From a virus: a stretch of DNA of 64,000 nucleotides. A model generated the notes under the pieces. That model saw nothing but the letters and a program-made list of their open reading frames with translations. It had not been told where the DNA came from and did not search any database. Each line of letters begins with the position of its first letter. Positions within the stretch are counted from its first letter, which is position 1. Shown here in pieces: positions 19,201-27,287 of the stretch. The translations under genes and the position numbers were made by a program. Location of the stretch: IMG/VR virus record IMGVR_UViG_3300020416_000002. The stretch is one strand, 5' to 3'.

Positions 19201-20276
19201 TTAGTCGTTAGTAATGCTGCACTATCTCCGATAGCAAACGCTTGCCAGATAGTTGAGTCAGTACCAGGTGTTGTTCCTGTGTTAGTAGATGCGACTGAAA
19301 TATATGCTGAAGATTGGAACTCAGCGATGTCACCAATCTCATAGAATCTAGATGTAGTGTAAGCACCTGTCCAACTAAATCCTCTGTGTAACAGTGACCA
19401 ACCATTAACACCTGAATCAAAAGTAGTACTACCGATACCAGTTGGTCTATTGAATGGCTCAATCTTAAGGATATCAGCTTGATATGTGTTACCACCAAAT
19501 CTTACAATCTCACCTTTAGAATACGCACGAGTTTCATCCCATGAGTCATTAGCACCTGTACCAATACCTAAGTTGAGGAACTTCCAATCATTTGGGTTCT
19601 CGTTAGGTTGTTTAGACTGTGGGTTAGTACCAATAGCAACATATGTAGCTCCTGTAAACTCAACAATGTCGCCACGCTCATACCTTGCGGTTGAAATATA
19701 TTGTCCCTCGTTGTTAAGACTTAATGAGAGAGGAGTAAAGTTTGCTGCGGGTGGGAAGAATCCATCTGATCCAATACCTGCGGGATCAGTTTCTTTGCTA
19801 TGGATGTCACCTGCAATTTGAATTGGATCAATACAACGATACTCATTAGCACCAAACTTGGCAACATCATTAATGCCGTAATAAGTATTGGTTGTAAGAT
19901 TTCCTCTGAAATTAAGACCCTCTGCATAAAGTTCCCATCTTGTAGGGAAGTCTGAAGTATACCAGTTACTAGACAAACCTGTAGAGGTGTGTTGACTAGT
20001 ACAGATATAAAGATTACCACCCTCCTGTACAACATCGTCTACAACATAGGCAGTCGTAGGAGTCCACTCACCCTTGTAGTCGAAACCACTGGTATGTGTG
20101 TTCCAGTAAATAGAATCACTGGTAAAGTTGGAAGCCGATCCCGCTGAGGTATGATTTCCGATACAGACAAAAGAAGTTGCACCGAATCTCACGATGTCAT
20201 CTACGACATAAGCGGTGGAGGTTGTCCAATCGCCACGCCAGTTGAACTTCAGTCTGCCAAGTCTAAATTCTGCCAT
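16245..20276 (-). CDS. Large tail-fibre / structural protein
   Basis: 1343 aa; N-terminal W...T.Y..DDIV..G..Y repeats (CBM5/12-like), central beta-helix-like region, C-terminal T..G.FTITLP.SP..GD module. Confidence 0.8.
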   Translation of the reverse strand: MAEFRLGRLKFNWRGDWTTSTAYVVDDIVRFGATSFVCIGNHTSAGSASNFTSDSIYWNTHTSGFDYKGEWTPTTAYVVDDVVQEGGNLYICTSQHTSTGLSSNWYTSDFPTRWELYAEGLNFRGNLTTNTYYGINDVAKFGANEYRCIDPIQIAGDIHSKETDPAGIGSDGFFPPAANFTPLSLSLNNEGQYISTARYERGDIVEFTGATYVAIGTNPQSKQPNENPNDWKFLNLGIGTGANDSWDETRAYSKGEIVRFGGNTYQADILKIEPFNRPTGIGSTTFDSGVNGWSLLHRGFSWTGAYTTSRFYEIGDIAEFQSSAYISVASTNTGTTPGTDSTIWQAFAIGDSAALLTTKGDLLTRNGTGPTRQGIGTQGTFLNVSTSDEIQWEFAAKRTKIYYVDSQKGNNNFSGESPDAAFKTVAFAATSTNPQLDVVDAVYDNTTGITTISTATNHGMFVGGEIKIVGLHFTCASGLGPGTEFPSGAEGYYFTISGINSDRQLVTRVGPSTIPHVYSNPQPAGALNQLTNAAPVILKLSAGVFNEDLPIVLPKNFSIAGDVLRGSTIKPNPGISTDGVTPNDRSTMFFVSDATTIQAITMKGLKGFDYDVNDPFNTDKMQHKVGVGTTACGVYIRLNPDESILTRSPYIKDCTAFSDNAQDGTGHGGAIGIFIEGGQHHLNPEGKGFKSMVFDAFTNVHSDGVGFMLEDDAVAEVVSCFTYYCAYGYYSDDGSEIRSLSGNNSYGTYGAVATGFSTHEVARPGKLYGDKMATVVGTYAGTFGVGATMRGTESGARAELTNDQTSADAVYFKYFAGYGNTSSDPTVTPNGAIGIGTTVFKPGEFVEVDSVGAGATGYFRIASAANAVAGQKDILIEVAGLTTTPQVGDAIGFTTVGLGFSDSNTYIVRTQSNYVEGTSLDVNEAVYDPNIGVVTAFTSEPHGLLFGDFIRVNTGSLVFTCDLDGNISSTAYPRPTDAIAGNPIPVLAGTGSTTLVFNVLNTTGENQASTNLSDHAYIGQEGGIGKTSVGAIIAGNGRATVTIAPGKGSSPTIGLDDQEFLMRSKFSKIRLTGHDFLLIGTGGTVPTNYPNVNENSAAQGQETSIQNTGKIFFVSTDQGGNFRVGEFFSVNQLTGAATLDASAFNLSGLTELRLGAIGGQIGEAINEFSSDETMGGDSNTASPTEKAVRGFLTRGKMDATSGILVPPRGPQSGRPTGADLLEGGLRYDEDANGFEFYNGGSWLPLGAYASIDATTSITAGNRQQIFANTSGGSFTITLPASPVKGDSVRIFDVAKTFDSSPLTVGRNGNPIMGDASDMTVNTEGAAFELVFYDGTQGWRLITV

Positions 20277-20288
20277 TGTTAGTGCTCT

Positions 20289-20639
20289 TTATACAGGTCC
20301 AGAGTAGTTGTATGATCCATTGACTTGAAGGACTAGATATCCATCAGAATCTATGAAATAATTTATGTTTCGCCTGTCAAAGCGAATCTGTTGATATTTA
20401 TCTTGTGGATGATTGCTTAAGGATTTTTGTTCCGTTGTCTCCTCCACATAATCCATGTAGTCACCGATGTTCTCCACTTGAGTACCATCCAATCTAAATG
20501 GATCAAAAGTTTCGGTTGTTGATGCAGTACTAACCTTAGTAAGGTGTAGCATGGATTCTGCATCTCTCCTCAAAGCATAGACATAGTAGCCTTTAGAATC
20601 TTTGGGTTGAAAGTGTGAGTTACTAAGAGATAGTGCCAT
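20289..20639 (-). CDS. Hypothetical structural-cluster protein
   Basis: YALRR..E..L and Y.ID.DGYLV; translationally coupled. Confidence 0.7.
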   Translation of the reverse strand: MALSLSNSHFQPKDSKGYYVYALRRDAESMLHLTKVSTASTTETFDPFRLDGTQVENIGDYMDYVEETTEQKSLSNHPQDKYQQIRFDRRNINYFIDSDGYLVLQVNGSYNYSGPV

Positions 20640-21103
20640 TAGCTAACAATGCTCCAATAAGAACCGTTCCATAAAAGCATAACAGTGATTGATGGAACAT
20701 CTAAAATAAGAGGAGGATCCTCAATATTTCCGATGGCATCCCGAAATTTATTCACAGTGTCAGTGATGATAACATTATTTATGTGCCATGTATTTGCTGC
20801 ATCATGGATCTCTATACTGTCTCCGACGGATAAACCGACGGTAGGCATGGAATAGTAGAGTTCCCCTGCAGAGGTATCAACAATGTACCGTTTGTTAACA
20901 ACAAATGCAGCGTTTGCGTTCTGGTAATTCCAAACTGGAACAGCACCAGTAGCAGCAGATGCAACAGTCTCAATATTATTGCCACTTCTAATGTAGATCT
21001 TTTGGTCTACAATATTAATGGCCATCTCGCCGTCCTGCAAATCGGCCAGACCTGGAATCTGACCGATTGTAGTACTTCGTTTTGGTTTAATTGCGGTAGG
21101 CAT
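20639..21103 (-). CDS. Small structural protein
   Basis: L.DGEMAIN..D.KIY N-terminus; C-terminal module similar to the end of the 1343-aa protein; late promoter at 21127-21137. Confidence 0.7.
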   Translation of the reverse strand: MPTAIKPKRSTTIGQIPGLADLQDGEMAINIVDQKIYIRSGNNIETVASAATGAVPVWNYQNANAAFVVNKRYIVDTSAGELYYSMPTVGLSVGDSIEIHDAANTWHINNVIITDTVNKFRDAIGNIEDPPLILDVPSITVMLLWNGSYWSIVS

Positions 21104-21136
21104 TATCTAGGCACTAACACTTCTAATATTTATTTA

Positions 21137-21676
21137 TTAGAAATAGTTAATCGCTAATACCAACCTGTGTTTTTCATCAGTGCAATTTGAACTACTATGT
21201 TCTACTGATCCATTAAATGTAACCAATGTATTTGCTACACTCCCAACTCTTTCTATCTTCGTCGCTAACTTACCGTTGTTCAACTGAGAATCCTCTGGTA
21301 TTTCAAACTCAGTAAACCCATTACAGTCATTCATATAGATTAATGCTGCTGTATGATCAAAAGGATAATCTACATGTCTATCATGAATAATTTGTTTTCC
21401 CTGATTGACATACATCAATACTCTTGCTCTGAGTAAAGATCTAACTTTTAAATTTTCAAGGAGAGGAGTAAGAGTCTCAAAGAAACTACTCTCAGGAACA
21501 AAGTTTTCATACAGTCTATGCACAAAATAAAAATGATCCTGTTTAGATTCATCAGAACTTTTCTCTAGAGGTAATCCAACATTCGCTTGATACAACCAAG
21601 GAAAATTACACCCAGAAATTTCATGGTAGATATGATCGAAGTAATCCTTCGGTAAGAAGTCTTGAATAATGTTCAT
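21137..21676 (-). CDS. 2OG-Fe(II) oxygenase
   Basis: HVD...H...R.V..INYF. Confidence 0.8.
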   Translation of the reverse strand: MNIIQDFLPKDYFDHIYHEISGCNFPWLYQANVGLPLEKSSDESKQDHFYFVHRLYENFVPESSFFETLTPLLENLKVRSLLRARVLMYVNQGKQIIHDRHVDYPFDHTAALIYMNDCNGFTEFEIPEDSQLNNGKLATKIERVGSVANTLVTFNGSVEHSSSNCTDEKHRLVLAINYF

Positions 21677-22266
21677 TAGGCATATCCTATATTAAAAGAC
21701 AATGATACACGAGTCATTGTACTTTCATTTATATCAACTCTATGAGGTATGTGTGCAGGAAATATACACATCTCTCCATCTACAGGACTGTATCTTGCAT
21801 CAGACACACCCTCATCAAGTTCAGAGGTGAGATGAGACATCGGATCTTGAAAGACTAGAGGTGGAACATCAATATCTGTAGGCATCCTTAACCATATTAC
21901 TCCTGCAATCAAGCAACCAGGATGAGTGTGCATAACATTATAACAATACTGGTGGTTAAAATTGAACCACATGTTGCCTAGTTTTAATGGAACATCCTCT
22001 AAAATAGTTCCTTTGACATACGCTTTTTGTGAGGTAACAATCCATTCAGATAATCTATTTAAAAATGGTGCAAAAGATTCCTCGTAATAAAAATTATCAG
22101 GACTTTGATATCCTCCAAAGTTACTCCTAGTCACGGTTGGATTTTTGAATGAATAATCATTCATCCACTTAACCAATGGCACTTTGTACTCATCAAATTT
22201 ATCATCAGTAGAGAATTGTATTTTTGTAGGGAATAACAATTCAATATCTTTTACATTTATGGTCAT
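21676..22266 (-). CDS. 2OG-Fe(II) oxygenase (TIGR02466-like)
   Basis: HTHP, FP...PH.V, RVSLSFN. Confidence 0.82.
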   Translation of the reverse strand: MTINVKDIELLFPTKIQFSTDDKFDEYKVPLVKWMNDYSFKNPTVTRSNFGGYQSPDNFYYEESFAPFLNRLSEWIVTSQKAYVKGTILEDVPLKLGNMWFNFNHQYCYNVMHTHPGCLIAGVIWLRMPTDIDVPPLVFQDPMSHLTSELDEGVSDARYSPVDGEMCIFPAHIPHRVDINESTMTRVSLSFNIGYA

Positions 22267-22412
22267 TATTTTTTCAAGGTAATAATAATACGGTTGTTTT
22301 TATAGTCTGCTCTCATATCTAATGGTGCATCATGATCCCACATCAACTCTTCATATAATGCATTAAGACGCTCCATGTCCTCATACAAATCATTAACTTC
22401 GTGGTCTTCCAT
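22266..22412 (-). CDS. Small hypothetical protein
   Basis: Likely start MEDHEVND at 22412, after the psbA terminator. Confidence 0.6.
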   Translation of the reverse strand: MEDHEVNDLYEDMERLNALYEELMWDHDAPLDMRADYKNNRIIITLKK

Positions 22413-22425
22413 AATAGTATTGTAT

Positions 22426-22452
22426 AAAAAAAGAGGGTCAATTACGACCCTC
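22426..22452 (-). terminator. psbA terminator
   Basis: GAGGGTC-GTAATT-GACCCTC plus T7. Confidence 0.8.
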
Positions 22453-22518
22453 AGTATAGCATTCTCCTTGGGTTTTGCCAAGGAAATGTTTAGCGGCGAA
22501 GATATTCTCTTCTATTTA

Positions 22519-23604
22519 TTAACCTACGCTAGGTGCAACAAGTGCAACTTCACTAGTCTCTGCTGCAGCAAGGTCTAGTGGGAAGTTGTGAGCGTTACGC
22601 TCATGCATTACTTCCATACCTAGGTTTGCTCTGTTAAGAACATCTGCCCAAGTAGGAACAACACGACCAGAGTTGTCTAGAACAGACTGGTTGAAGTTGA
22701 AACCGTTAAGGTTGAATGCCATTGTGCTGATACCCATTGCAGTAATCCAGATGCAAAGCACTGGCCACGCTGCAAGGAAGAAGTGTAGTGAACGAGAGTT
22801 ATTGAACGATGCGTATTGGAAGATCAATCTACCGAAGTACCCGTGGGCAGCGACGATATTATATGTCTCTTCTTCTTGTCCGAACTTATAACCATAGTTT
22901 TGTGATTCTTGCTCTGTAGTCTCCCTAATCAGTGAAGAAGTTACGAGAGAACCGTGCATAGCACTGAAGAGTGCTCCACCAAATACACCTGCTACACCAA
23001 TCATATGGAATGGGTGCATTAGGATGTTGTGCTCTGCTTGGAACACGAACATAAAGTTAAAAGTACCTGAGATACCTAGAGGCATACCATCGGAGAAAGA
23101 ACCTTGTCCAAAAGGATAGACTAGGAATACTGCCATTGCTGCAGATACAGGAGCACTGTATGCAACACAGATCCAAGGTCTCATACCCAAGCGGTATGAA
23201 AGTTCCCACTGACGACCACAGTATGCTGTGATGCCAATTAAGAAGTGAAATACAACAAGTTGGTAAGGACCACCGTTGTACAACCATTCGTCTACGGATG
23301 CTGCTTCCCAAATTGGGTAGAAGTGTAGACCAATAGCGTTTGAACTAGGAACAACAGCACCAGAAATGATGTTGTTACCATACATGAGCGAACCTGCAAC
23401 AGGTTCTCTGATTCCGTCGATATCGACTGGAGGTGCTGCAATGAATGCAACGATGAAGCATGCTGCTGCTGCGAGCAATGTTGGGATCATAAGAACACCA
23501 AACCAACCAACATAAAGTCTGTTGTTTGTTGATGTGACCCACTCGCAGAATTCTGGCCAGCCTTGAAGAAGACCGCCTTGTCTTGATCTTGAAAGAGTAG
23601 TCAT
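22519..23604 (-). CDS. psbA: Photosystem II D1 protein
   Basis: Full D1 sequence MTTLSR...[13 protein letters not shown]; true start 23604; no intron. Confidence 0.99.
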   Translation of the reverse strand: MTTLSRSRQGGLLQGWPEFCEWVTSTNNRLYVGWFGVLMIPTLLAAAACFIVAFIAAPPVDIDGIREPVAGSLMYGNNIISGAVVPSSNAIGLHFYPIWEAASVDEWLYNGGPYQLVVFHFLIGITAYCGRQWELSYRLGMRPWICVAYSAPVSAAMAVFLVYPFGQGSFSDGMPLGISGTFNFMFVFQAEHNILMHPFHMIGVAGVFGGALFSAMHGSLVTSSLIRETTEQESQNYGYKFGQEEETYNIVAAHGYFGRLIFQYASFNNSRSLHFFLAAWPVLCIWITAMGISTMAFNLNGFNFNQSVLDNSGRVVPTWADVLNRANLGMEVMHERNAHNFPLDLAAAETSEVALVAPSVG

Positions 23605-23725
23605 TGAAATTAGGGTAAGTATTAGTGCAGGGAAACACTGATTATGGTATTCCTTTGTCACCCTTAGACAAAGGTATGAAAGACTATTATTTAATGTCGC
23701 TGTTTAGTCTTGGTGAGGCGACGAA
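23605..23725 (-). ncRNA. PhotoRC-like structured psbA 5' UTR
   Basis: Pseudoknot GUCGC/GCGAC with AAGACUA/UAGUCUU; hairpin CCUUUGUC-UAAGGGU-GACAAAGG whose loop can pair with ACCCU near the start codon. Confidence 0.7.
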
Positions 23726-23761
23726 GTATGACAGATGTGAGGAATCCCTCATCCGTTCATG

Positions 23762-23795
23762 TATTTATATTAAGACAGATTGCCGCTTTTGTCAA
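23762..23795 (-). promoter_or_regulatory. Overlapping early and late psbA promoters
   Basis: TTGACA-N17-TAATAT overlapping TATAAATA. Confidence 0.7.
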
Positions 23796-24072
23796 GGAGT
23801 TTTGCCGCCTTCTCAGCGATCTGATTGATGATGTTAATATCGATGTCCATAAAAGGTGGAATGATACCAAGTAGTCTCAGCGTACCATCCAAGAATAATG
23901 CCAAGCATGTGAATCCTAAGATCATGCTAATGATAGTTGCTTCACGATTGTGCTTTGCCATAGACGCTTCATCTATTGCTCGTGCTTCATCTACTGCTGC
24001 AGCAATAAGATCATCTACTTCTTGTTTTGTGTAGCAGTGCTCTGGTTGTATTTGTTTGAAACGGTGAGGCAT
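23770..24072 (-). CDS. Membrane hypothetical protein
   Basis: KHNR.A.IISMILG...DG.LRLLGIIPPF. Confidence 0.75.
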   Translation of the reverse strand: MPHRFKQIQPEHCYTKQEVDDLIAAAVDEARAIDEASMAKHNREATIISMILGFTCLALFLDGTLRLLGIIPPFMDIDINIINQIAEKAAKLLDKSGNLS

Positions 24073-24074
24073 TG

Positions 24075-24239
24075 TTAGTATCTGTATTCTTTGAGGATTT
24101 CTAGCATGTTATTCAACATTGAATGTGCTCCATCATGCCAGTCCCCATTTTTGTGGGAGTAATTTCCTCCGTACAATTCGTTTTTTAATTTAATTACTCT
24201 AGCTTGAATGTCAACCTTGAGCATTTGTCCATTTGACAT
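24075..24239 (-). CDS. Small hypothetical protein (54 aa, not in track)
   Basis: MSNGQMLKVDIQARV...WHDGAH...EYRY*. Confidence 0.65.
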   Translation of the reverse strand: MSNGQMLKVDIQARVIKLKNELYGGNYSHKNGDWHDGAHSMLNNMLEILKEYRY

Positions 24240-24263
24240 GGTATAAACTAAGTGTCTTAAACA

Positions 24264-24377
24264 CTATACCATATAATTGCTCATGATTGCAACTATGATT
24301 GAGGATAGAGACAATACTCCCCCTAAAATTATGAAGACCATAGTAAATGTCTCTATCCAATTGACAGACTCAATCAT
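24264..24377 (-). CDS. Small membrane peptide (37 aa)
   Basis: MIESVNWIETFTMVFIILGGVLSLSSIIVAIMSNYMV*, ATGA-coupled. Confidence 0.5.
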   Translation of the reverse strand: MIESVNWIETFTMVFIILGGVLSLSSIIVAIMSNYMV

Positions 24378-24490
24378 ATTACCCCTAAGCTACCCAACAT
24401 AGTACCAACACCGACGAAGAACGCGAACTCTAGGAGTCCATGAACTTCATTCGGTGTGGAGAAAATCAATAGGTCTAATTTACGCTGCAT
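24374..24490 (-). CDS. Small membrane peptide (38 aa)
   Basis: MQRKLDLLIFSTPNEVHGLLEFAFFVGVGTMLGSLGVI*. Confidence 0.55.
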   Translation of the reverse strand: MQRKLDLLIFSTPNEVHGLLEFAFFVGVGTMLGSLGVI

Positions 24491-24683
24491 TTGGTACTGT
24501 TGCTAATTGCATTTGAGGTTCGGATGATCTGATACCTATACCGCCATCACGATCATCGTCATCATCGTCATCATCCCATGGTAAATCACCTAGCATGATG
24601 AAACTTAAAATGAATACGCATATGACAGGCATAAACGGAAACAGAATTGTGTTCATCCATGTCTGGTAATCTGCATCTAGCAT
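24480..24683 (-). CDS. Small membrane protein with poly-Asp tract
   Basis: TM helix then DDDDDDDDRDGG; start at 24683 via TAATG coupling. Confidence 0.65.
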   Translation of the reverse strand: MLDADYQTWMNTILFPFMPVICVFILSFIMLGDLPWDDDDDDDDRDGGIGIRSSEPQMQLATVPNAA

Positions 24684-24775
24684 TAACCTAAACCTGATGC
24701 ATATACAGGTAATCCAACTGACGCTGTAACGCCTGTCATGATGATAAATGTGATGAATGGGATGAATGTTTTCAT
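24683..24775 (-). CDS. Small hydrophobic peptide (30 aa)
   Basis: MKTFIPFITFIIMTGVTASVGLPVYASGLG*, TAATG-coupled on both sides. Confidence 0.6.
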   Translation of the reverse strand: MKTFIPFITFIIMTGVTASVGLPVYASGLG

Positions 24776-24912
24776 TAGAAGATGCCTGGAATAATTTGAC
24801 CTGTAGTTGCGTATGCACCAATGAGTGCGATACATCCTAAGATTGCTGCCTGACCATTAACACGCTCTGCAACAACCTTTTCTTTTTCTGGTTGAAATTT
24901 TTGAATGTCCAT
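24775..24912 (-). CDS. hli: High-light inducible protein (45 aa)
   Basis: AERVNGQAAILG...TGQIIPGIF. Confidence 0.92.
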   Translation of the reverse strand: MDIQKFQPEKEKVVAERVNGQAAILGCIALIGAYATTGQIIPGIF

Positions 24913-25025
24913 TATACGAAACCTGGAATAAGTTGACCTGTGAAGATGTAAGATCCAGTTAGGAAAATAAATCCCATCATTGCTGGTCTACCGATTGCTT
25001 TGTAAAAGATATCTTTGTTGCTCAT
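24912..25025 (-). CDS. hli: High-light inducible protein, divergent (37 aa)
   Basis: YKAIGRPAMMG...TGQLIPGFV; lacks ExxN. Confidence 0.8.
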   Translation of the reverse strand: MSNKDIFYKAIGRPAMMGFIFLTGSYIFTGQLIPGFV

Positions 25026-25132
25026 TAGAAGATACCTGGAATGATTTGTCCTGTTGTTGCGTATGCACCGACTGCTGCTACGAAACCGAGCATTGCTGCC
25101 CAACCATTAAACCTTTCTGCTGATTCGTTCAT
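25025..25132 (-). CDS. hli: High-light inducible protein (35 aa)
   Basis: AERFNGWAAMLG...TGQIIPGIF. Confidence 0.95.
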   Translation of the reverse strand: MNESAERFNGWAAMLGFVAAVGAYATTGQIIPGIF

Positions 25133-25162
25133 TGTTTTTGTCCTAAAAATAGAGGGGGAAAA

Positions 25163-25276
25163 TTAATAGATGCCTGGAATAATCCATCCAGTAAATCCGT
25201 AGTTGACTACGGCAGCGAATAAACCCATCATCGCAAGACGACCGTTCATTTGCTCAGCGTTCTTCCAGTAATTCAT
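25163..25276 (-). CDS. hli: High-light inducible protein (37 aa)
   Basis: AEQMNGRLAMMG...TGWIIPGIY. Confidence 0.95.
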   Translation of the reverse strand: MNYWKNAEQMNGRLAMMGLFAAVVNYGFTGWIIPGIY

Positions 25277-25467
25277 TAGAAAATACCTGGAATGATTTGT
25301 CCTGTAGTTGCATATGCAACTAAGAGTGATACCATACCAATCATCGCCCAACGACCATTAGTTTTCTCAGCGTTAACACCATATCCTTCATAGGATTCGT
25401 CAACATAAGGACGAGGTTCTGTAGCGAAGATGTTTTGGCGGTTGCCTGATTCAGTTACTGTGGTCAT
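25276..25467 (-). CDS. hli: High-light inducible protein (63 aa)
   Basis: AEKTNGRWAMIG...TGQIIPGIF. Confidence 0.95.
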   Translation of the reverse strand: MTTVTESGNRQNIFATEPRPYVDESYEGYGVNAEKTNGRWAMIGMVSLLVAYATTGQIIPGIF

Positions 25468-25493
25468 TGTCTGTTTGTGAAGAACTGTTACAT

Positions 25494-25522
25494 ATTATAT
25501 AGTAATGTAAAGTTTTTGTCAA
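25494..25522 (-). promoter_or_regulatory. Consensus sigma70 promoter of the hli array
   Basis: TTGACA-N17-TATAAT; late TATAAATA further upstream at 25604-25611. Confidence 0.8.
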
Positions 25523-25611
25523 ATTTTCAAGATGTTCGGATAGCAGAACCTCAAAAAGCATTGCTTATGACCATGATTAGTAACACTTATGTAACAAATC
25601 GTTTATTTATA

Positions 25612-25776
25612 TTAATATTCTTCCTGATTTTCTACCCACTCAGCATTGTTCCTACAATACGCATGCACATCAATCTCCATCATGTAGTGTGCCCTAGTGT
25701 GTATGACCTGTATTAGACCTAAAGAACCACAGATCATGAGGTTTAAGATTGTGACTGGGTGAGATAAGTATTTCAT
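25612..25776 (-). CDS. Small membrane hypothetical protein
   Basis: Likely start MKYLSHPV at 25776. Confidence 0.6.
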   Translation of the reverse strand: MKYLSHPVTILNLMICGSLGLIQVIHTRAHYMMEIDVHAYCRNNAEWVENQEEY

Positions 25777-25792
25777 TTTGATAGTATAGCAG

Positions 25793-25866
25793 AAAAAAAG
25801 ACCCCTGCAATGCAGAGGTCTTAGGTAGTTCCGATTGTAGAGACCGCACGAACGATGTCTCAATCT
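25793..25866 (-). ncRNA. Candidate late small RNA plus terminator
   Basis: CTAAATA at 25867-25873; stem GAUUG-AGAC...GUCU-CUA-CAAUC; then AGACCUCUGCA/UGCAGGGGUCU plus U tract. Confidence 0.45.
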
Positions 25867-25879
25867 TATTTAGCAGTGC

Positions 25880-26266
25880 TTAGAAGTTCCACTTAGCACC
25901 GATTTTAGCACCCCAGTTGATGATGTTGTCGCCATCAGCGTCTTCACCATTAGAGATACCAGAGATTTCTCCGTATACATCTGTAGCAGGAGTTACACCA
26001 TAAGATGCACCAACCTTACCAGAAAGTTCTGTATCGGTATCATCTGCTGCCTCGCTGTGAACAAGAGCAGGACCACCTTGTACATAATATGCTAGACCAC
26101 CTTCGGTCTGTCCTTCGTAACCAACATGGATATCTGTAGTTGCACCAGAGTAGTCCCCATCAGGATATGAAGCATTAGCTTCTACATTAACATATGGACC
26201 TGCAATAGCAGCAGTAGACAGAACGAAAGGGGCAGCGACAACGGCTGCGATTGTAGATTTAAACAT
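25880..26266 (-). CDS. Small outer-membrane beta-barrel-like protein
   Basis: Signal peptide ending AIA, alternating amphipathic strands, C-terminal WGAKIGAKWNF. Confidence 0.7.
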   Translation of the reverse strand: MFKSTIAAVVAAPFVLSTAAIAGPYVNVEANASYPDGDYSGATTDIHVGYEGQTEGGLAYYVQGGPALVHSEAADDTDTELSGKVGASYGVTPATDVYGEISGISNGEDADGDNIINWGAKIGAKWNF

Positions 26267-26425
26267 TGTTTTTTAGATATTTACTTGCGGAATGGATACC
26301 CGCAGATGAGAACAGACTCGACAAGTCTGTGTAGAGATTGTATCCTCGTTTGATCAGAACGATTAGACTAGCTCAAATTTGCGGAATTCGTCTATGGAAA
26401 TTCTTAACTGGCATTGCCAGTTGAG
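26267..26425 (-). ncRNA. manA-like structured 5' UTR RNA
   Basis: Hairpins AACUGGCA/UGCCAGUU, UCGUU/AACGA, ACAGACU-UGUCG-AGUCUGU, UCAUC, UGCGG...CCGCA before the start codon; family assignment from recalled architecture. Confidence 0.6.
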
Positions 26426-26426
26426 T

Positions 26427-26460
26427 TATTTAGTATAACAGTCGATTGGAATGTTGTCAA
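26427..26460 (-). promoter_or_regulatory. Overlapping early and late promoters
   Basis: TTGACA-N17-TATACT overlapping CTAAATA. Confidence 0.7.
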
Positions 26461-26480
26461 GCTCTGATAATAGAAACTTA

Positions 26481-27287
26481 TCATTTACCCTCAAAACCTG
26501 GTGGCAATGTACCAAAGTAAGGATTGAGTTGTACAATCTGTACAGGATTTTCTACCTGATTGACCTCATTTCTCCAGAACTGCCATAACCCATCGTGACA
26601 GTTGCGATGATAGACATCGATATGAATATCATGAATGTCTGATCCCAGATCTAATTTGTATAAGAAGATAGGCACAGAATAAGTAAGTCCTGTGTTATAG
26701 ATCAGGTCATCTGCAACAGCACGAGGTAAAACCTTCTGATCAAGTTTATATTTGTCTCCTTTAGTATGGAAATCCAGTAACTTCTTAGCATACCTTCTAT
26801 TGATTAGATAACATGCTGTAGAAAAATCATTAACAAATCTCCTGTGTAATTGAATACTAGCGATAGCAGGATTGATAATTGCTAACTGAATACAGTCCCA
26901 TCCATGAGGAGCATTTGCCATCACATCTTTCCATGTGAAAGGCCAATGACTAGTAACAGAAAGGTCACAGTCATCTTCCATCATTATAGCATACTCTTCG
27001 TCACTGGTCTCTAACCAATGCTTCATAGCATGCAAATGAGATGTCACACATCCAATCTCACCTGATGACATGTTATGTGGATATCTTCCTGTGAGAATAT
27101 CACTAAGATCATCCTCCCTGCCATCATAAGCAGAAATTCTAGTATGATTTTCTATCTCCCAATACTCAAACTGTTGCTCCATGTATTCTCTACGATCAGT
27201 CTTATCATCAAGATTGATCCAATAGATATGTGGAATACCCTTGAGTTTGTGGGATGCTTTATTTTTATCTAATACGAAACTAGTCAT
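26481..27287 (-). CDS. Glycosyltransferase family 25
   Basis: YWINLD....RR, GEIGC..SH, MEDD; start MTSF. Confidence 0.88.
   Translation of the reverse strand: MTSFVLDKNKASHKLKGIPHIYWINLDDKTDRREYMEQQFEYWEIENHTRISAYDGREDDLSDILTGRYPHNMSSGEIGCVTSHLHAMKHWLETSDEEYAIMMEDDCDLSVTSHWPFTWKDVMANAPHGWDCIQLAIINPAIASIQLHRRFVNDFSTACYLINRRYAKKLLDFHTKGDKYKLDQKVLPRAVADDLIYNTGLTYSVPIFLYKLDLGSDIHDIHIDVYHRNCHDGLWQFWRNEVNQVENPVQIVQLNPYFGTLPPGFEGK

Noticed and set aside
22519-23661. Intron in psbA, adjacent psbD, or N-terminally extended D1
   Set aside because: psbA is uninterrupted, no D2 sequence follows, and the extra 19 codons are part of the structured UTR.
24549-24575. Trinucleotide microsatellite
   Set aside because: Encodes the poly-Asp tract of a small protein with mixed GAT/GAC codons.
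24775-25467. Short recurring repeats resembling a CRISPR array
   Set aside because: They are the conserved TGQIIPG-coding ends of paralogous hli genes.
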